Source of the DNA: an uncultured delta proteobacterium
GTDB taxonomy: Bacteria > Desulfobacterota > Desulfomonilia > Desulfomonilales > Desulfomonilaceae
Direction: 5' to 3'
Assembly: GCA_963789265.1 (NCBI GenBank)
Contig: CAWBKB010000007.1
Coordinates: 288,001-352,000, forward strand
Length of the DNA stretch: 64,000 nucleotides
The notes beneath the pieces were generated by a model. That model was not told the origin of the DNA. It worked only from the letters and a program-made list of their open reading frames with translations, and ran no database searches. Position 1 is the stretch's first letter. Every line of letters begins with the position of its first letter. A program made the translations under genes and the position numbers. Below, one piece after another: positions 1 through 10,016 of the stretch.

Positions 1-162
1 GTCCATTTTGCCGCGAGGGACGGCGCTTCATTTGAGACGCTTGAACGTATTGCAGGGCTTCTGAAGTTCGCCGTGAAAGGTCCTGACGGCGCGAAAGGGA
101 TTGTTTCCGGACCTTGTCTCTGGACCGTTTTGCCGCAGTCTTCCAACTATGAATCTTCATGA
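1..162 (+). CDS. 3' end of a CDS entering from upstream, product unknown
   Basis: Frame 1 is open from base 1 to TGA at 160-162 (VHFAARDGASFETLERIAG...NYESS*), just before the next + strand gene. Confidence 0.4.
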   Translation, partial: VHFAARDGASFETLERIAGLLKFAVKGPDGAKGIVSGPCLWTVLPQSSNYESS

Positions 163-195
163 CGCGTCCACAGATCGGACAAAAAGAGCTTGATT

Positions 196-1071
196 ATGGA
201 ACTTGTTGTAGACGACCGGGCTTACAATGTTCAAGTGACTCGAAATGTCACTCTTCCGCCGGATGCGCCTCGCTTGGCCGTGATTTCGCGTCAACAAAAC
301 AAGACTGCAACAAATTTGATGCGTGTTTGTATTGATGCCGTTCGGTATTTCACTTCCGAACCTCATGAATTATGGGTAATTGACAACAATTCCCCTTTGG
401 AGAATATCCGGTGGCTCTTGGAGCAGCCCGGCATCAATATTGCTCTGAACCGAACGCAACCTCTGCCGCCGCAAGCGCGAAACGCCTTTAATGTTGAAAA
501 CGATCCGGACGCTCAGTTGACCTGGGATAGTTACGCAAATGCCATTGGATTGGAAATTGGGGCAAGACTGATCGACCAGAGATCGAATTATCTCATGTGC
601 ATGCACATGGATACCATGCCCTGCCGACCGGGATGGCTGTCTTATTTGAGATCGAAAATCAAGGACAAGGTGGCCACGGCCGGCGTTCGCATGGACAGGA
701 CAAGAACTCCAAACGGGGTCCTGCATGTTTTGGGATACATGGTCGATTTTCAGTTGTTTAAGCAGCTCGAATTGGATTTCTTTCCCGACTTGCCCCAATT
801 GGACGTGGGCGACGGGGTGACTGTGCGCTTGCGAGAGGAAGGTTACGAAGTATTTGCCTGTCCCAACACGCTTTGGGATCCGTCCATCGCGGAGAAAATA
901 CCGCCATCTTCGCCGTTAAGAGATTTTCGAGTCGATAGAGCTTTAGACGACAAAGGCAACGTGATTTTTCTGCACCTCGGTAGAGGTGTGAGAAAATCTC
1001 TCGGCGTGCATACTCAGGGAACTCCGGCCGACGAATGGCTTAGAATTGCTTATCAACATCTTCTGACTTAG
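196..1071 (+). CDS. Glycosyltransferase family 2 (GT-A fold)-like protein
   Basis: Motifs CIDAVRYFT..HELWVIDNNS, MHMD (DxD-like) and LDVGD; ATG at 196. Confidence 0.6.
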   Translation: MELVVDDRAYNVQVTRNVTLPPDAPRLAVISRQQNKTATNLMRVCIDAVRYFTSEPHELWVIDNNSPLENIRWLLEQPGINIALNRTQPLPPQARNAFNVENDPDAQLTWDSYANAIGLEIGARLIDQRSNYLMCMHMDTMPCRPGWLSYLRSKIKDKVATAGVRMDRTRTPNGVLHVLGYMVDFQLFKQLELDFFPDLPQLDVGDGVTVRLREEGYEVFACPNTLWDPSIAEKIPPSSPLRDFRVDRALDDKGNVIFLHLGRGVRKSLGVHTQGTPADEWLRIAYQHLLT

Positions 1072-1223
1072 AGGCACGAGAAAGCGCCGGGTGTGCCGTG
1101 CCCCCTCTGGAAGAATGTGAAGGGCCGTTGGGCCGATGACATCATGGAACAAGAAAGACTCATACCTATTCTCGTTCAAGCAAGTGACTCCAAGTTTCTG
1201 GTGGGGCAGGCATCCAGACTGCC

Positions 1224-1270
1224 GTCATGCCGGCATCCAGACTGGACCCCGGATCAGGGTCCGGGGTGAC
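1224..1270. repeat. REP-like palindromic element
   Basis: GTCATGCCGGCATCCAGACTGGACCCCGGATCAGGGTCCGGGGTGAC, with hairpin ACCCCGGA..TCCGGGGT and GTCA/TGAC ends. Confidence 0.55.
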
Positions 1271-1383
1271 AAATGGCCGGCAGTCCCACGTTCCGCGCGG
1301 GACTGCCCCACCATACCTTGTCCAGGATGTCACTTGTTTAGCAGCGCATTGATATCATGCTCCTATTCGATGAGTATTCGGCA

Positions 1384-3123
1384 ATGAGGTATTACGGATC
1401 GATAGTGACTTTTGCACTAGCTGCTTTTTTGCTCACGCCTGCGGCCGTCCTCGGCGAGAAGCCACCTGCTCCAGGGGCTATCCTGGTCGTGCAGGGAAAA
1501 GTCCTGGATTCCGCGGGCATGCCCCTGTCAGATGCAAGTGTTCTCCCGTATCTCGACGGCAAGCTCTATATGCCTTCTGTTAAAAAGGCCGATCTGAGAA
1601 AGGTCTACTCAACAGGCCGAAACGGTCTGTTTATGTTTCAGATAGCGGCCTCCCCGGGAAAAATCCAACGCGGGCAATGGTCACTGAAGGTCACCAGGCC
1701 GAGTTTCAGGCCATCCCAGGCAATCCCTCTAAAGCTACTCGATGAGGGAAAGGGTGAGACGGGCATACAGCGTCTCGTCGCTACCGCTTCAGTGAAGCTC
1801 GCCCGGTATCGGGGGACCCCTTTCTTGATCGCCCTGATCGTATTCATCGGGGTCTACGTGATGATCGCCTTTGAAATTGTGCACCGGACCATGGCTGCGC
1901 TCCTGGGGGCCGTGACCCTCCTGGTTATTACCCACACCTTTGGGCACTTTAATGACGCCTACAAGGTGCTTACGTACGACCAGGCCCTTCAGGCCGTGGA
2001 CTGGAACGTCATCTTTCTTTTAATGGGAATGATGATTATTGTCGGTGTGTTGAAGGTGTCCGGAGTTTTCCAGTGGCTCGCGTACAAATCGTTTCAAGTG
2101 GCCGGCGGCAGGATCTTTGTGCTCGCATCTGCTCTTTGTCTGGTTACGGCCGTTATCAGCGCGTTTCTCGACAATGTCACTACCATGTTGTTGTTGACAT
2201 CTGTGACGATGGAATTGGCACTGGTCTTGGAGATTTCCCCATTTGTGTTTCTTGTTCCCGAGATAGTCGCGTCGAACTTCGGTGGTGCGGCCACCCTAAT
2301 TGGGGATCCGCCCAACATTATGATCGGTTCTTTCGCGGGCTTGACATTCAATGACTTCTTAATCCACTTGACACCCGTGGTGATAGCCGTGGCCGCAGTA
2401 CAAATCGTCTATAACAAAATTTACTACCGGGCCGATTACTACAAGGCCCAAGTCAAGGACGTTCCCGCGATGGTCTCCTTTCTCAGGGAGAAGTACAGCA
2501 TTACGGACCGCAAGGTCCTGATCATAGGCGGAACAGTGCTTACCGGCGTTATCCTGATGTTTATCCTGCACGGTTTCTTCTATATGGAGGTCAGTGTTGC
2601 AGCGCTGTTCGGGGCCGCGGCAATCATCCTGCTCAACAGAATGGATATTGTAGAACTGCTCGAAAAAGAGGTTGAATGGCCGACTCTTGTATTTTTTATC
2701 ATGCTGTTCATGGTGGTCGGCGCTGCCGAACAAACAGGGATTCTTCAGGCCATTGCGGACTGGATAGTTAAAGTATGCGGGGGCAATCTCACCGCAGCGG
2801 TGCTGGTTATCTTGTGGGTATCGGGCTTGGGCTCGGCGATAGTAGACAACATTCCCTACACTGCCACCATGCTCCCCATAATATTTTTCCTGAGTAAGAC
2901 CATCCCGGGCGCCGACTCCGGCGTCCTCTGGTGGGCCCTTGCTTTAGGGGCCTGTTTCGGCGGGAACGGCTCAATCATTGGGGCCTCGGCAAATGTAGTG
3001 ACAGCGGATATTGCCGAAAAAGCGGGGTACAAAATTACCTTTTACGATTTTATGAAGCAGGCCGCGCCTATCACCGTCATCAGCCTGATAATCTCTTCGG
3101 TCTATCTGCTGATTTTCTACTAA
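1384..3123 (+). CDS. ArsB/NhaD (SLC13-like) ion/carboxylate transporter with N-terminal signal peptide and soluble beta domain
   Basis: Motifs SAFLDNVTT, ASNFGGAATLIGDPPNIMIG, SAIVDNIP and GGNGSIIGASANVV; many TM helices. Confidence 0.9.
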   Translation: MRYYGSIVTFALAAFLLTPAAVLGEKPPAPGAILVVQGKVLDSAGMPLSDASVLPYLDGKLYMPSVKKADLRKVYSTGRNGLFMFQIAASPGKIQRGQWSLKVTRPSFRPSQAIPLKLLDEGKGETGIQRLVATASVKLARYRGTPFLIALIVFIGVYVMIAFEIVHRTMAALLGAVTLLVITHTFGHFNDAYKVLTYDQALQAVDWNVIFLLMGMMIIVGVLKVSGVFQWLAYKSFQVAGGRIFVLASALCLVTAVISAFLDNVTTMLLLTSVTMELALVLEISPFVFLVPEIVASNFGGAATLIGDPPNIMIGSFAGLTFNDFLIHLTPVVIAVAAVQIVYNKIYYRADYYKAQVKDVPAMVSFLREKYSITDRKVLIIGGTVLTGVILMFILHGFFYMEVSVAALFGAAAIILLNRMDIVELLEKEVEWPTLVFFIMLFMVVGAAEQTGILQAIADWIVKVCGGNLTAAVLVILWVSGLGSAIVDNIPYTATMLPIIFFLSKTIPGADSGVLWWALALGACFGGNGSIIGASANVVTADIAEKAGYKITFYDFMKQAAPITVISLIISSVYLLIFY

Positions 3124-3162
3124 CGTCAGCGCACCGGCGCAAGACGCGGAAAGGAGCGAAAC

Positions 3163-3663
3163 ATGCCGCATTCGATGCCGGTTTCGAAACTTATGATTGA
3201 CCGCAATGAATGGGCGATATTCAGGGCTGACTCTGATGTTCGCACGGCCATCAAAATCTTGAGAATTGTCACGGAAGACAAAAAGTTGGAACACGGGCAT
3301 TCAACTCCTCTGGTACTGGACGAAAATAACAATCTCCTTGGCTTTGTGCGGCTGACCGATTTACTGAAGGAAGTGAGGCATCTCTGCGACAAAGAAGATC
3401 AACCTTGCGAATTGGACAAAGCCGTGAGACCTGTGAAAGAGCTGGTGATACCCTTCAAAGGGACTGTGACGGAAGAAGACAGTATTCTCAAGGCCCTCGA
3501 CATCATGATCGATTACGGTGTATCTCTCGTGCCGGTGCTGAAAGACGGCAAGCTCAAAGGGATCGTCAAACTGGCCGACATATTCAACACGGTTGCCGCC
3601 TTGCTGTTTGACGAAGAAGATCCGGAAGAGAGGCACAAGATCCTTCGAGACTACAATTTGTAG
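3163..3663 (+). CDS. CBS-domain pair protein
   Basis: Two CBS motifs (LVLDENNNLLGFVRLTDLL; VPVLKDGKLKGIVKLADI); RBS AAGGAG. Confidence 0.85.
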   Translation: MPHSMPVSKLMIDRNEWAIFRADSDVRTAIKILRIVTEDKKLEHGHSTPLVLDENNNLLGFVRLTDLLKEVRHLCDKEDQPCELDKAVRPVKELVIPFKGTVTEEDSILKALDIMIDYGVSLVPVLKDGKLKGIVKLADIFNTVAALLFDEEDPEERHKILRDYNL

Positions 3664-3724
3664 CCGCGTTGCAGTCCGGTTCAGAGAACTTGGGAATCCA
3701 GTCGTAATATTTCCTGTATTCGAT

Positions 3725-3967
3725 TCAGTTCGCCTTCTTCGTGGTTTGTTCCCTAAGCTTCCTCCAGGAAGCCCACTCACATCTCGTTTTGCACGACGAG
3801 CAGGCCCAGTCCATTATCCCATTACGATTGCACGGACACCTGGCGTAACATGCATCCAAGTCAGAGGGTCCCGATTGAGCTGGGTTCGTCGCCGCGGTCG
3901 GGCTGTACATCGCAACCAGCAACAAAGCGGTCAAAATTAAGATTACCACGAACATTCGGTTCACCAT
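3725..3967 (-). CDS. Small secreted Cys-rich protein (80 aa)
   Basis: RBS AAAGGAGG just upstream of ATG; hydrophobic signal peptide; six Cys (CYARCPC...CSSCKTRC). Confidence 0.65.
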   Translation of the reverse strand: MVNRMFVVILILTALLLVAMYSPTAATNPAQSGPSDLDACYARCPCNRNGIMDWACSSCKTRCEWASWRKLREQTTKKAN

Positions 3968-4061
3968 TGTGGCCTCCTTTGTCCCAACCGGAATGCACCG
4001 GTGGTCTTATGATGTCGCGGGCTTAAACCCGTAGGTTTATGATTGAATCCCTTTTCAGGAG

Positions 4062-6314
4062 TTAACGCATACGCCGAAGCATTGCCTCGAAACGCGGGTC
4101 CTGTCTGAGTGACGCGAGTCCTACGTCCCGATCCAATTTGTCCGCGTCAACGCGCCCATCGCGAGCGGCTGCTTCGAGCACCCCTAAGGCTTCATCCTTT
4201 CGATGAGCAAGAGCGTAGATTGTAGCCAGATCGTAAACGTACCGGGGATTCGCGGGCTCTTTCCGGCGTGCGTCAAGCACCCACGGAATCCCTTCCGCGG
4301 GCTTTCCGGAAGCGGCCAGCGCCAAGCCGTACGTGTCCAGGAGTGTCGGGTCGTCGGGACTCTTCTGCAGGCCGGTCTTCGCCGTGTCGATCGCCTCGGT
4401 AATACGACCGGCTCCAAGATAGATCAGCGCGAGTTTGGAATATGCCCCGGGGATCTTTTCTCCGCGATCCACCAGGCGCCGCAGAATGCGTTCCGCCTCA
4501 TCTTTTCGGCCCGACATGAAGGATGCGACAGCCAATCCGTAACCCATAGTCGGGGCATTACCCGACAGCTTGACCGCCTTTTCGGATTCCTCAACAGCCC
4601 GTTCGTAGTTCCCCTCATCCAACAGGAAGCTGGCGAGCATCGCGTGCACTCCGGGATTTGAGTCCATGTGTTTCGCCGCTCTGAGCAGCGCGGCCTGCGC
4701 CTCGACCTTTTTGCCGGCCCAATACAGCGTCTTGGCCAAATTCCAATCTCTCATGGCGAAGAACTTTTGATCGAGGCTTGCCATAACCCTTGCATAGATC
4801 GCATCCTTTTCCCGGCGGCTCAGTTTCTTCGCGGGATGGACGAGCCCCAGCCTCGCCATCTCTTGGAGAAGTGCTTCTGCCAGTCTCTGGTGCCCCTCAA
4901 TTCTGGGATGGACATGATCGAGGAATGCCTCATTTCCCGGGATCGTGGAGTAGCCTCCTTTGCCGCTCGAAATCTCAGAGACAACGTTGGGGAAACGTAT
5001 GTACGCTGTCGCGTCCCCGGCTTTTCTACCAAGAGCTTCAAGAATCGAGGTCGTGGCCCGCAAGGGGCATATATCGAGATCTTTCGCTCGAATGAAGCTT
5101 TTCAATGCGTCTTTGGAACGCCTGAGCCCCAGAAGGGCCTTTCCGGTCAAGTAGTGGGCCATCGCGCACAAAGGATCGACTTCAGTGCACTCCGCGAGTA
5201 GTTTAAGGGCCTTTTGGAACTGTCTCAGCTCAATTAAGCGAGCCGCCTCTGCTACGGTTTTCTCTATCTTGGCTTTTGTCCGCGCATCGAGACGTGGGTC
5301 ATGTTCGGACTTGAACGGAGAGAAGTCCTTGAGATTGGAGGCCGGCTCCACAAAGATTATCGGCACGTCGGCCCGTTGGCATATCCGAATCATTCTGCCC
5401 AAATTGTAAGAAAAATGCTGAACCACACCTCGTGAGAATTCCTCGTCCCGGTGGTAGAGATACAAACCCGCGCTCTGGTCCAGGATCGTGGTGAGATCGT
5501 CCTTCAGCACGGTTTTTGGAGGATTCCTGCATCCGGGATTTGGTTTGATCGACTTGTGGGGTGCCGGACCGGTGATTCCTGACTTGAGGACGTCCCGCCG
5601 CTCGAAACTGAATCGAACGACCGGTTTCAGCAGGAGCTCAAGAGCGCGATCGACGCGAAGCCGCACCAGCGCAGACCTCAGCGTTACCAAGGCTCGTCCC
5701 TGATGCAGAAGCTCCGAATATGTGCGCCGTTCCAGGAATTCATTCTGCCCGGCGTACACGATGACCAGATCCGGCTTGAAGCCCAACGTTTCCTTGATCA
5801 GCGGAACGATCCGATACGAAGCGTAAGAGATGCCCCCTGCGTTGATCACCTGGAAAACTCTACCCGACACGGAAGCTGCCAAGAGTTCCCCGAGCCATCT
5901 CGGAAAGGCCGTTCTCCCGTCGAACGGATGGCCGTAAGTTGTCGAACCTCCGAAGCAGAAAATCCTGAAGGTGCCAGGCTTCTTTTCAACAGGGAAGGAA
6001 ACCTGATTGAAATACTTCAGCTTCTGAACGGCAGTTGATGCCTTACCGTCCTTGACCGAGAAAAGAGGCTGTAGCGCCGAGAATCCGACGTACGGGTCTC
6101 CTGTGTCAGGTGCGCTTGGAATGCCGGCAATCCTGAGACCGACTTCCAAAGTGCCGAAGAAGGCAGCACACACGATGAGGCCGATCATGAGATCCCGAAA
6201 GAAACTGCATCGCGGCATGGCAAGCGGCTCGGGTGCAACTCGAGGTTTACTCCCTTTATTCTCCCCGCGTTCGGCACCATGCCGAATTTTGCCTTTTTTT
6301 CCTCGTTTGCCCAT
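4062..6314 (-). CDS. Membrane-anchored SGNH/GDSL hydrolase-like protein with TPR repeats
   Basis: Motifs FGGSTTYG, INAGGISY, YAGQNEF and LDHVHP; C-terminal TPRs ending in the ...LRQDPRF motif. Confidence 0.85.
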   Translation of the reverse strand: MGKRGKKGKIRHGAERGENKGSKPRVAPEPLAMPRCSFFRDLMIGLIVCAAFFGTLEVGLRIAGIPSAPDTGDPYVGFSALQPLFSVKDGKASTAVQKLKYFNQVSFPVEKKPGTFRIFCFGGSTTYGHPFDGRTAFPRWLGELLAASVSGRVFQVINAGGISYASYRIVPLIKETLGFKPDLVIVYAGQNEFLERRTYSELLHQGRALVTLRSALVRLRVDRALELLLKPVVRFSFERRDVLKSGITGPAPHKSIKPNPGCRNPPKTVLKDDLTTILDQSAGLYLYHRDEEFSRGVVQHFSYNLGRMIRICQRADVPIIFVEPASNLKDFSPFKSEHDPRLDARTKAKIEKTVAEAARLIELRQFQKALKLLAECTEVDPLCAMAHYLTGKALLGLRRSKDALKSFIRAKDLDICPLRATTSILEALGRKAGDATAYIRFPNVVSEISSGKGGYSTIPGNEAFLDHVHPRIEGHQRLAEALLQEMARLGLVHPAKKLSRREKDAIYARVMASLDQKFFAMRDWNLAKTLYWAGKKVEAQAALLRAAKHMDSNPGVHAMLASFLLDEGNYERAVEESEKAVKLSGNAPTMGYGLAVASFMSGRKDEAERILRRLVDRGEKIPGAYSKLALIYLGAGRITEAIDTAKTGLQKSPDDPTLLDTYGLALAASGKPAEGIPWVLDARRKEPANPRYVYDLATIYALAHRKDEALGVLEAAARDGRVDADKLDRDVGLASLRQDPRFEAMLRRMR

Positions 6315-6472
6315 GAATGCCTTGATTGACAGGTCCCTTAGGATTCATCGCAACCAACGATTCCCTACGAAACGGCATCTTATTAGTTTAATATAATGTT
6401 ATTTGTCAATATAATTTAATATGTAACTGTATCATTTTAGTTATCATGAGTAAGCTATCCGTTCCAACCGGT

Positions 6473-6557
6473 GTCATTGCGAGCGAAGCGAAGCAATCTC
6501 ATTTCTGGAGAGCGTCCTGAGCCGAGATTGCTTCGTCGCTTTGCTCCTCGCAATGAC
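6473..6557. repeat. REP-like stem-loop element (GTCATTGCGAGCGAAGCGAAGCAATCT...AGATTGCTTCGTCGCTTTGCTCCTCGCAATGAC)
   Basis: Long imperfect inverted repeat; a second copy is at 6766-6849. Confidence 0.8.
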
Positions 6558-6625
6558 TATCTTTTGCCTGTACGTAAGTGAATGCTGATCGCGCTCTCAA
6601 ATTTTTTCTGGACAAGAACACGCGG

Positions 6626-6644
6626 GTGTGTAATGCTTACTTAC
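6626..6644. promoter_or_regulatory. Candidate TetR operator (autoregulatory)
   Basis: GTGTGTAATGCTTACTTAC matches 14/19 with the site at 7662-7680; a related half-site GTAAGTGAATGCT is at 6574. Confidence 0.45.
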
Positions 6645-6765
6645 GTGTATGCCATACATACATGTAGTCACTTCACGGCGACGAATCCCAGTCCTGTCCC
6701 TCGTTGAGCCAATGGAGGACTTGGTACTGTTTTTCGTAAGTACGGTCGCGGATTTTCACGGTAGC

Positions 6766-6849
6766 GATTGCTTTCCCGCGGGACGCGGGATTTCACTCCT
6801 CGCAAAGACATTCCCACTACCTGTCATTGCGAGCGAAGCGAAGCAATCT
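6766..6849. repeat. Second REP-like element of the same family, arms in reversed order
   Basis: GATTGCTT..CTCCTCGCAAAGAC followed by GTCATTGCGAGCGAAGCGAAGCAATCT, with an inserted CCCGC/GCGGG hairpin. Confidence 0.7.
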
Positions 6850-6902
6850 TCTTCCAGACTGGGGGCTTAACATCACTGTATTTGCGAAAAGGAGGACTTC
6901 GT

Positions 6903-7550
6903 ATGCCGGCCCCGAAACTCAAATCACCTCCGATGGAAACAATCCCGCCGCATATGTTGGAACCCCGAGTTCTGCCCGCCGCCGGGCAACGACTGACCGA
7001 AGCGTTTATAAGCCTGATTAAGAAGAAAGATTTCAATTCAATTACAACCGCTGAAATTGCCAAAGACGCCCAAGCCAATGAAGCCCTGATCTATCGGTAT
7101 TTCGGAGATAAGAGAGGTCTACTCCATCACACGTTTGCCGAAACTTATAAAGAAGCCCTGGCAGCTATAGTAAAGGACCTGCAGGAAGATTACGACGTTA
7201 AGAGGAAGATTGAAAAGCTCATTTGGCGGACCTTCGATTGCTACAATAGCGACTTAGTCCTGGCAAGGATCCTTCTCTTCGAAGTCAGGACTTTTCCGAA
7301 GTATTTTCAGAGTGAAGCGTACAAACTCGTGCGTGCGTACGCTCGCCTGCTATTGGCACTCCTTGAAGAAGGGAAAGAAAAAGGACTGATTCGTCCGGAA
7401 ATCTCCGCCAAAGCGGCCAGAGATATTATTTTGGGCGGGATTGAGCACCTGTATATGCCCAAGGTAATCTTTGGGGCCGCATTCGATGTGCAGGCGGCAA
7501 CGAGCGCTCTGTGCAACGTTATCTTTGAAGGAATACTGAACCGAACTTAA
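6903..7550 (+). CDS. TetR/AcrR family transcriptional regulator
   Basis: HTH ITTAEIAKDAQANEALIYRYFGDKRGL; RBS AAAGGAGG before ATG 6903. Confidence 0.92.
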   Translation: MPAPKLKSPPMETIPPHMLEPRVLPAAGQRLTEAFISLIKKKDFNSITTAEIAKDAQANEALIYRYFGDKRGLLHHTFAETYKEALAAIVKDLQEDYDVKRKIEKLIWRTFDCYNSDLVLARILLFEVRTFPKYFQSEAYKLVRAYARLLLALLEEGKEKGLIRPEISAKAARDIILGGIEHLYMPKVIFGAAFDVQAATSALCNVIFEGILNRT

Positions 7551-7661
7551 AGTTTTGTATTGAGTCCATTATGTTCGGGAGAACGCCCGTCGCCGGTTGA
7601 CCTGAGCGAAGTTGGTCGGAGGGGCCCGAAACGGATCAACGTCGCTTTCTTGGAGTGAGAG

Positions 7662-7680
7662 GTAAGTAAAGCTCACTTGC
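7662..7680. promoter_or_regulatory. Candidate TetR operator upstream of the acyl-CoA operon
   Basis: Imperfect 9-1-9 palindrome GTAAGTAAA-G-CTCACTTGC. Confidence 0.5.
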
Positions 7681-7866
7681 TAGAAACCGCTTTTCGGATG
7701 CGGACTTGATCGGTCGAGAAAATGCCGAAAAACAAAGTAGCCGAAATCACCGGCTAAGGCAGAGGTCTCGGCCGGGCCCAAGCAGTCATTTCTGCCGAGT
7801 ATTTCCAGAAGTTGCGTTCAGAAGGCGTAGTGTGATGCGAACGAGCAGCTAAAACGGAGGAACTCA

Positions 7867-9996
7867 ATGCCCCTGAATCTAAAAAGTATCGGAAGAAGGA
7901 TCGGGCCTATCACCAAAGAGTACGGATGGAAAGACGTAGTACTTTACGCACTGGGTGTCGGCGCCGGCTTCGATGAACTGGACTATTGCTACGAGACTCG
8001 TCTCAAGGTGCTGCCGAGCTTTTCGATCGCGGCGATTTTTGAGTTCCTTGCCGAAGCCGGGCTCGCTGCGGAGGTCAATCTTGCCGGCGTGCTCCACGGA
8101 GAGCAGGATCTGGTTTTCCACAACCCGATCCCCTCCGAGGGAAAACTAATCACCGAAGGTCGGATCACCAACATCTACGACAAGGGCAAAGAGACCGGCG
8201 CGCTTGTGATGGCTGAAGGCGAGACATACCATTCCAACGGCCAAAAGCTCTTCACCAACGTCATCACTATCTTTAGCCGGCTTGACGGAGGCTTCGGAGG
8301 TCCGGACTCGCCCAAGGAACCGGTGGAATTTCCCGACCGACCTCCGGACTTTGAGGAGGACGCCCGGCCGACAGCAGACCAACCTCTCCTGTACCGGCTG
8401 AGCGGCGACATCTTTGCGCTCCACGTGGACCCTAACTTTGCGCGTACCAGCGGCTTCGAAAAGCCGATCATGCACGGGCTGTGCACCCACGGTTTTGCCT
8501 GCCGTGCTGTGATCAAGCACCTCTTTCCCGGCGAGCCGGAACGGATGACTCGGTTCCGTAACCGATTTTCCAAGACACTTTACCCCGGCGTACCCATCAA
8601 GACCCAGATTTGGAAGATCGATGAAGGTCGGGCGGTCTTCAGGACCATCAATGCGGATACGGGGGCAGTGGCGATCGATCGCGGCATCGTGGAATGGATG
8701 AGCCGAGAAGAACTGCGGAGGCGTCAATCGAGCGGGTGGGTAAGTTTTGACGGCAAGGTTGCGGTAGTAACGGGTGCTGGAGGGGGTTTGGGTCGGACGT
8801 ATGCACTGGAACTGGCCAGGCGCGGTGCCAAGGTGGTGGTGAACGACTTTGGCGGCGCGGGTGACGGAACCGGCTCGTCAGCAGGCCCCGCCGACCGGGT
8901 GGTCTCTGAGATTGAGGCCGCGGGCGGCAAAGCCGTGGCGAGCTACGACTCTGTGGCCACACCTGAAGGCGGCGAAGCCATCGTCAACAAGGCGATCGAG
9001 GTCTTCGGCCGCGTGGATATCCTGATCAACAATGCAGGGATCCTCCGCGACCGGACTTTGGCCAAGATGGAGCCCGCCGAATGGGACGCGGTGCTGTCCG
9101 TGCATCTGAACGGTGCGTACAACGTCACACGGCCCGCGTTCGTCAAGATGCGGGAACAGGGGTACGGCCGGATCGTGATGACCACATCCGCAGCCGGTTT
9201 GTACGGCAATTTCGGACAGACCAACTATTCCGCGGCCAAGATGGGGTTGATCGGCTTCATGAACACGGTAAAGCTCGAAGGAGAGAAGCACAACATCAAG
9301 ATAAACACTGTAGCGCCCGTGGCCGCTACGCGTCTCACCGCGGACATCCTCCCGCAGGATTTGATGGAGAAACTCAAACCGGAATTCGTCACTCCGTTGG
9401 TGGTCTACCTCTGCTCGGATCAATGTCCGGTCACGGGGGCGGTTTACAACGCGGGTGCAGGTTATTTCAGCCGCGCTGAGTTGGTGACGGGTCGCGCGAT
9501 TGCAGTGTGCGACCCGAAGCAGGTCCCGGCACCGGAAGAAGTTGCACGAGCCATCAGCCGCATCGGGTCCCTGCAAGCCGCGGTGGGCTCTCACGACGCG
9601 ACTGCGGCACTAGGCGACTTGATGAATGCATTATCCGCTCCAGCAGTGCCCGCGCAGGAAACCGAGGCGCAGCCGAAACTCACCGTAACTTCAATTTTTG
9701 ACCGACTTCCCGATGCGTTTTCCGCGGACAAGGCAGCGGGCGTGGATGTCGTGTTCCAGTTCAAGATATCCGGCCCCGCGGGCGGTGACTGGCACGTCGC
9801 AGTGAAAGACGCAAGGTGCGCGTGCACCAAAGGGATCCACGAAAAACCCACGACGATCGTCCTCATGGAGGACTCGGACTTCGTGGCCATGATCTCAGGT
9901 AAGCTCAACGCGATGAAGGCGTACACTTCGGGCAGGCTGAAGGTCGAGGGCGACCTCATTAAGTCCCAGCTTATCGAGAAGCTGTTCAAGTTCTAA
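7867..9996 (+). CDS. Fusion of double-hotdog MaoC (R)-enoyl-CoA hydratase, SDR 3-hydroxyacyl-CoA dehydrogenase and SCP2 (MFE-2-like)
   Basis: YRLSGDIFALHVDP...IMHGLCTHG; TGAGGGLG, NNAG and YSAAK; C-terminal SCP2 (AYTSGRLKVEGD). Confidence 0.92.
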   Translation: MPLNLKSIGRRIGPITKEYGWKDVVLYALGVGAGFDELDYCYETRLKVLPSFSIAAIFEFLAEAGLAAEVNLAGVLHGEQDLVFHNPIPSEGKLITEGRITNIYDKGKETGALVMAEGETYHSNGQKLFTNVITIFSRLDGGFGGPDSPKEPVEFPDRPPDFEEDARPTADQPLLYRLSGDIFALHVDPNFARTSGFEKPIMHGLCTHGFACRAVIKHLFPGEPERMTRFRNRFSKTLYPGVPIKTQIWKIDEGRAVFRTINADTGAVAIDRGIVEWMSREELRRRQSSGWVSFDGKVAVVTGAGGGLGRTYALELARRGAKVVVNDFGGAGDGTGSSAGPADRVVSEIEAAGGKAVASYDSVATPEGGEAIVNKAIEVFGRVDILINNAGILRDRTLAKMEPAEWDAVLSVHLNGAYNVTRPAFVKMREQGYGRIVMTTSAAGLYGNFGQTNYSAAKMGLIGFMNTVKLEGEKHNIKINTVAPVAATRLTADILPQDLMEKLKPEFVTPLVVYLCSDQCPVTGAVYNAGAGYFSRAELVTGRAIAVCDPKQVPAPEEVARAISRIGSLQAAVGSHDATAALGDLMNALSAPAVPAQETEAQPKLTVTSIFDRLPDAFSADKAAGVDVVFQFKISGPAGGDWHVAVKDARCACTKGIHEKPTTIVLMEDSDFVAMISGKLNAMKAYTSGRLKVEGDLIKSQLIEKLFKF
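8744..9389 (+). repeat. 646-bp direct repeat copy 1 (SDR domain)
   Basis: Matches 11506-12151 with about 9 substitutions by eye. Confidence 0.95.
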
Positions 9997-10016
9997 CTGC
10001 GAAAGGGGAGCCAACC

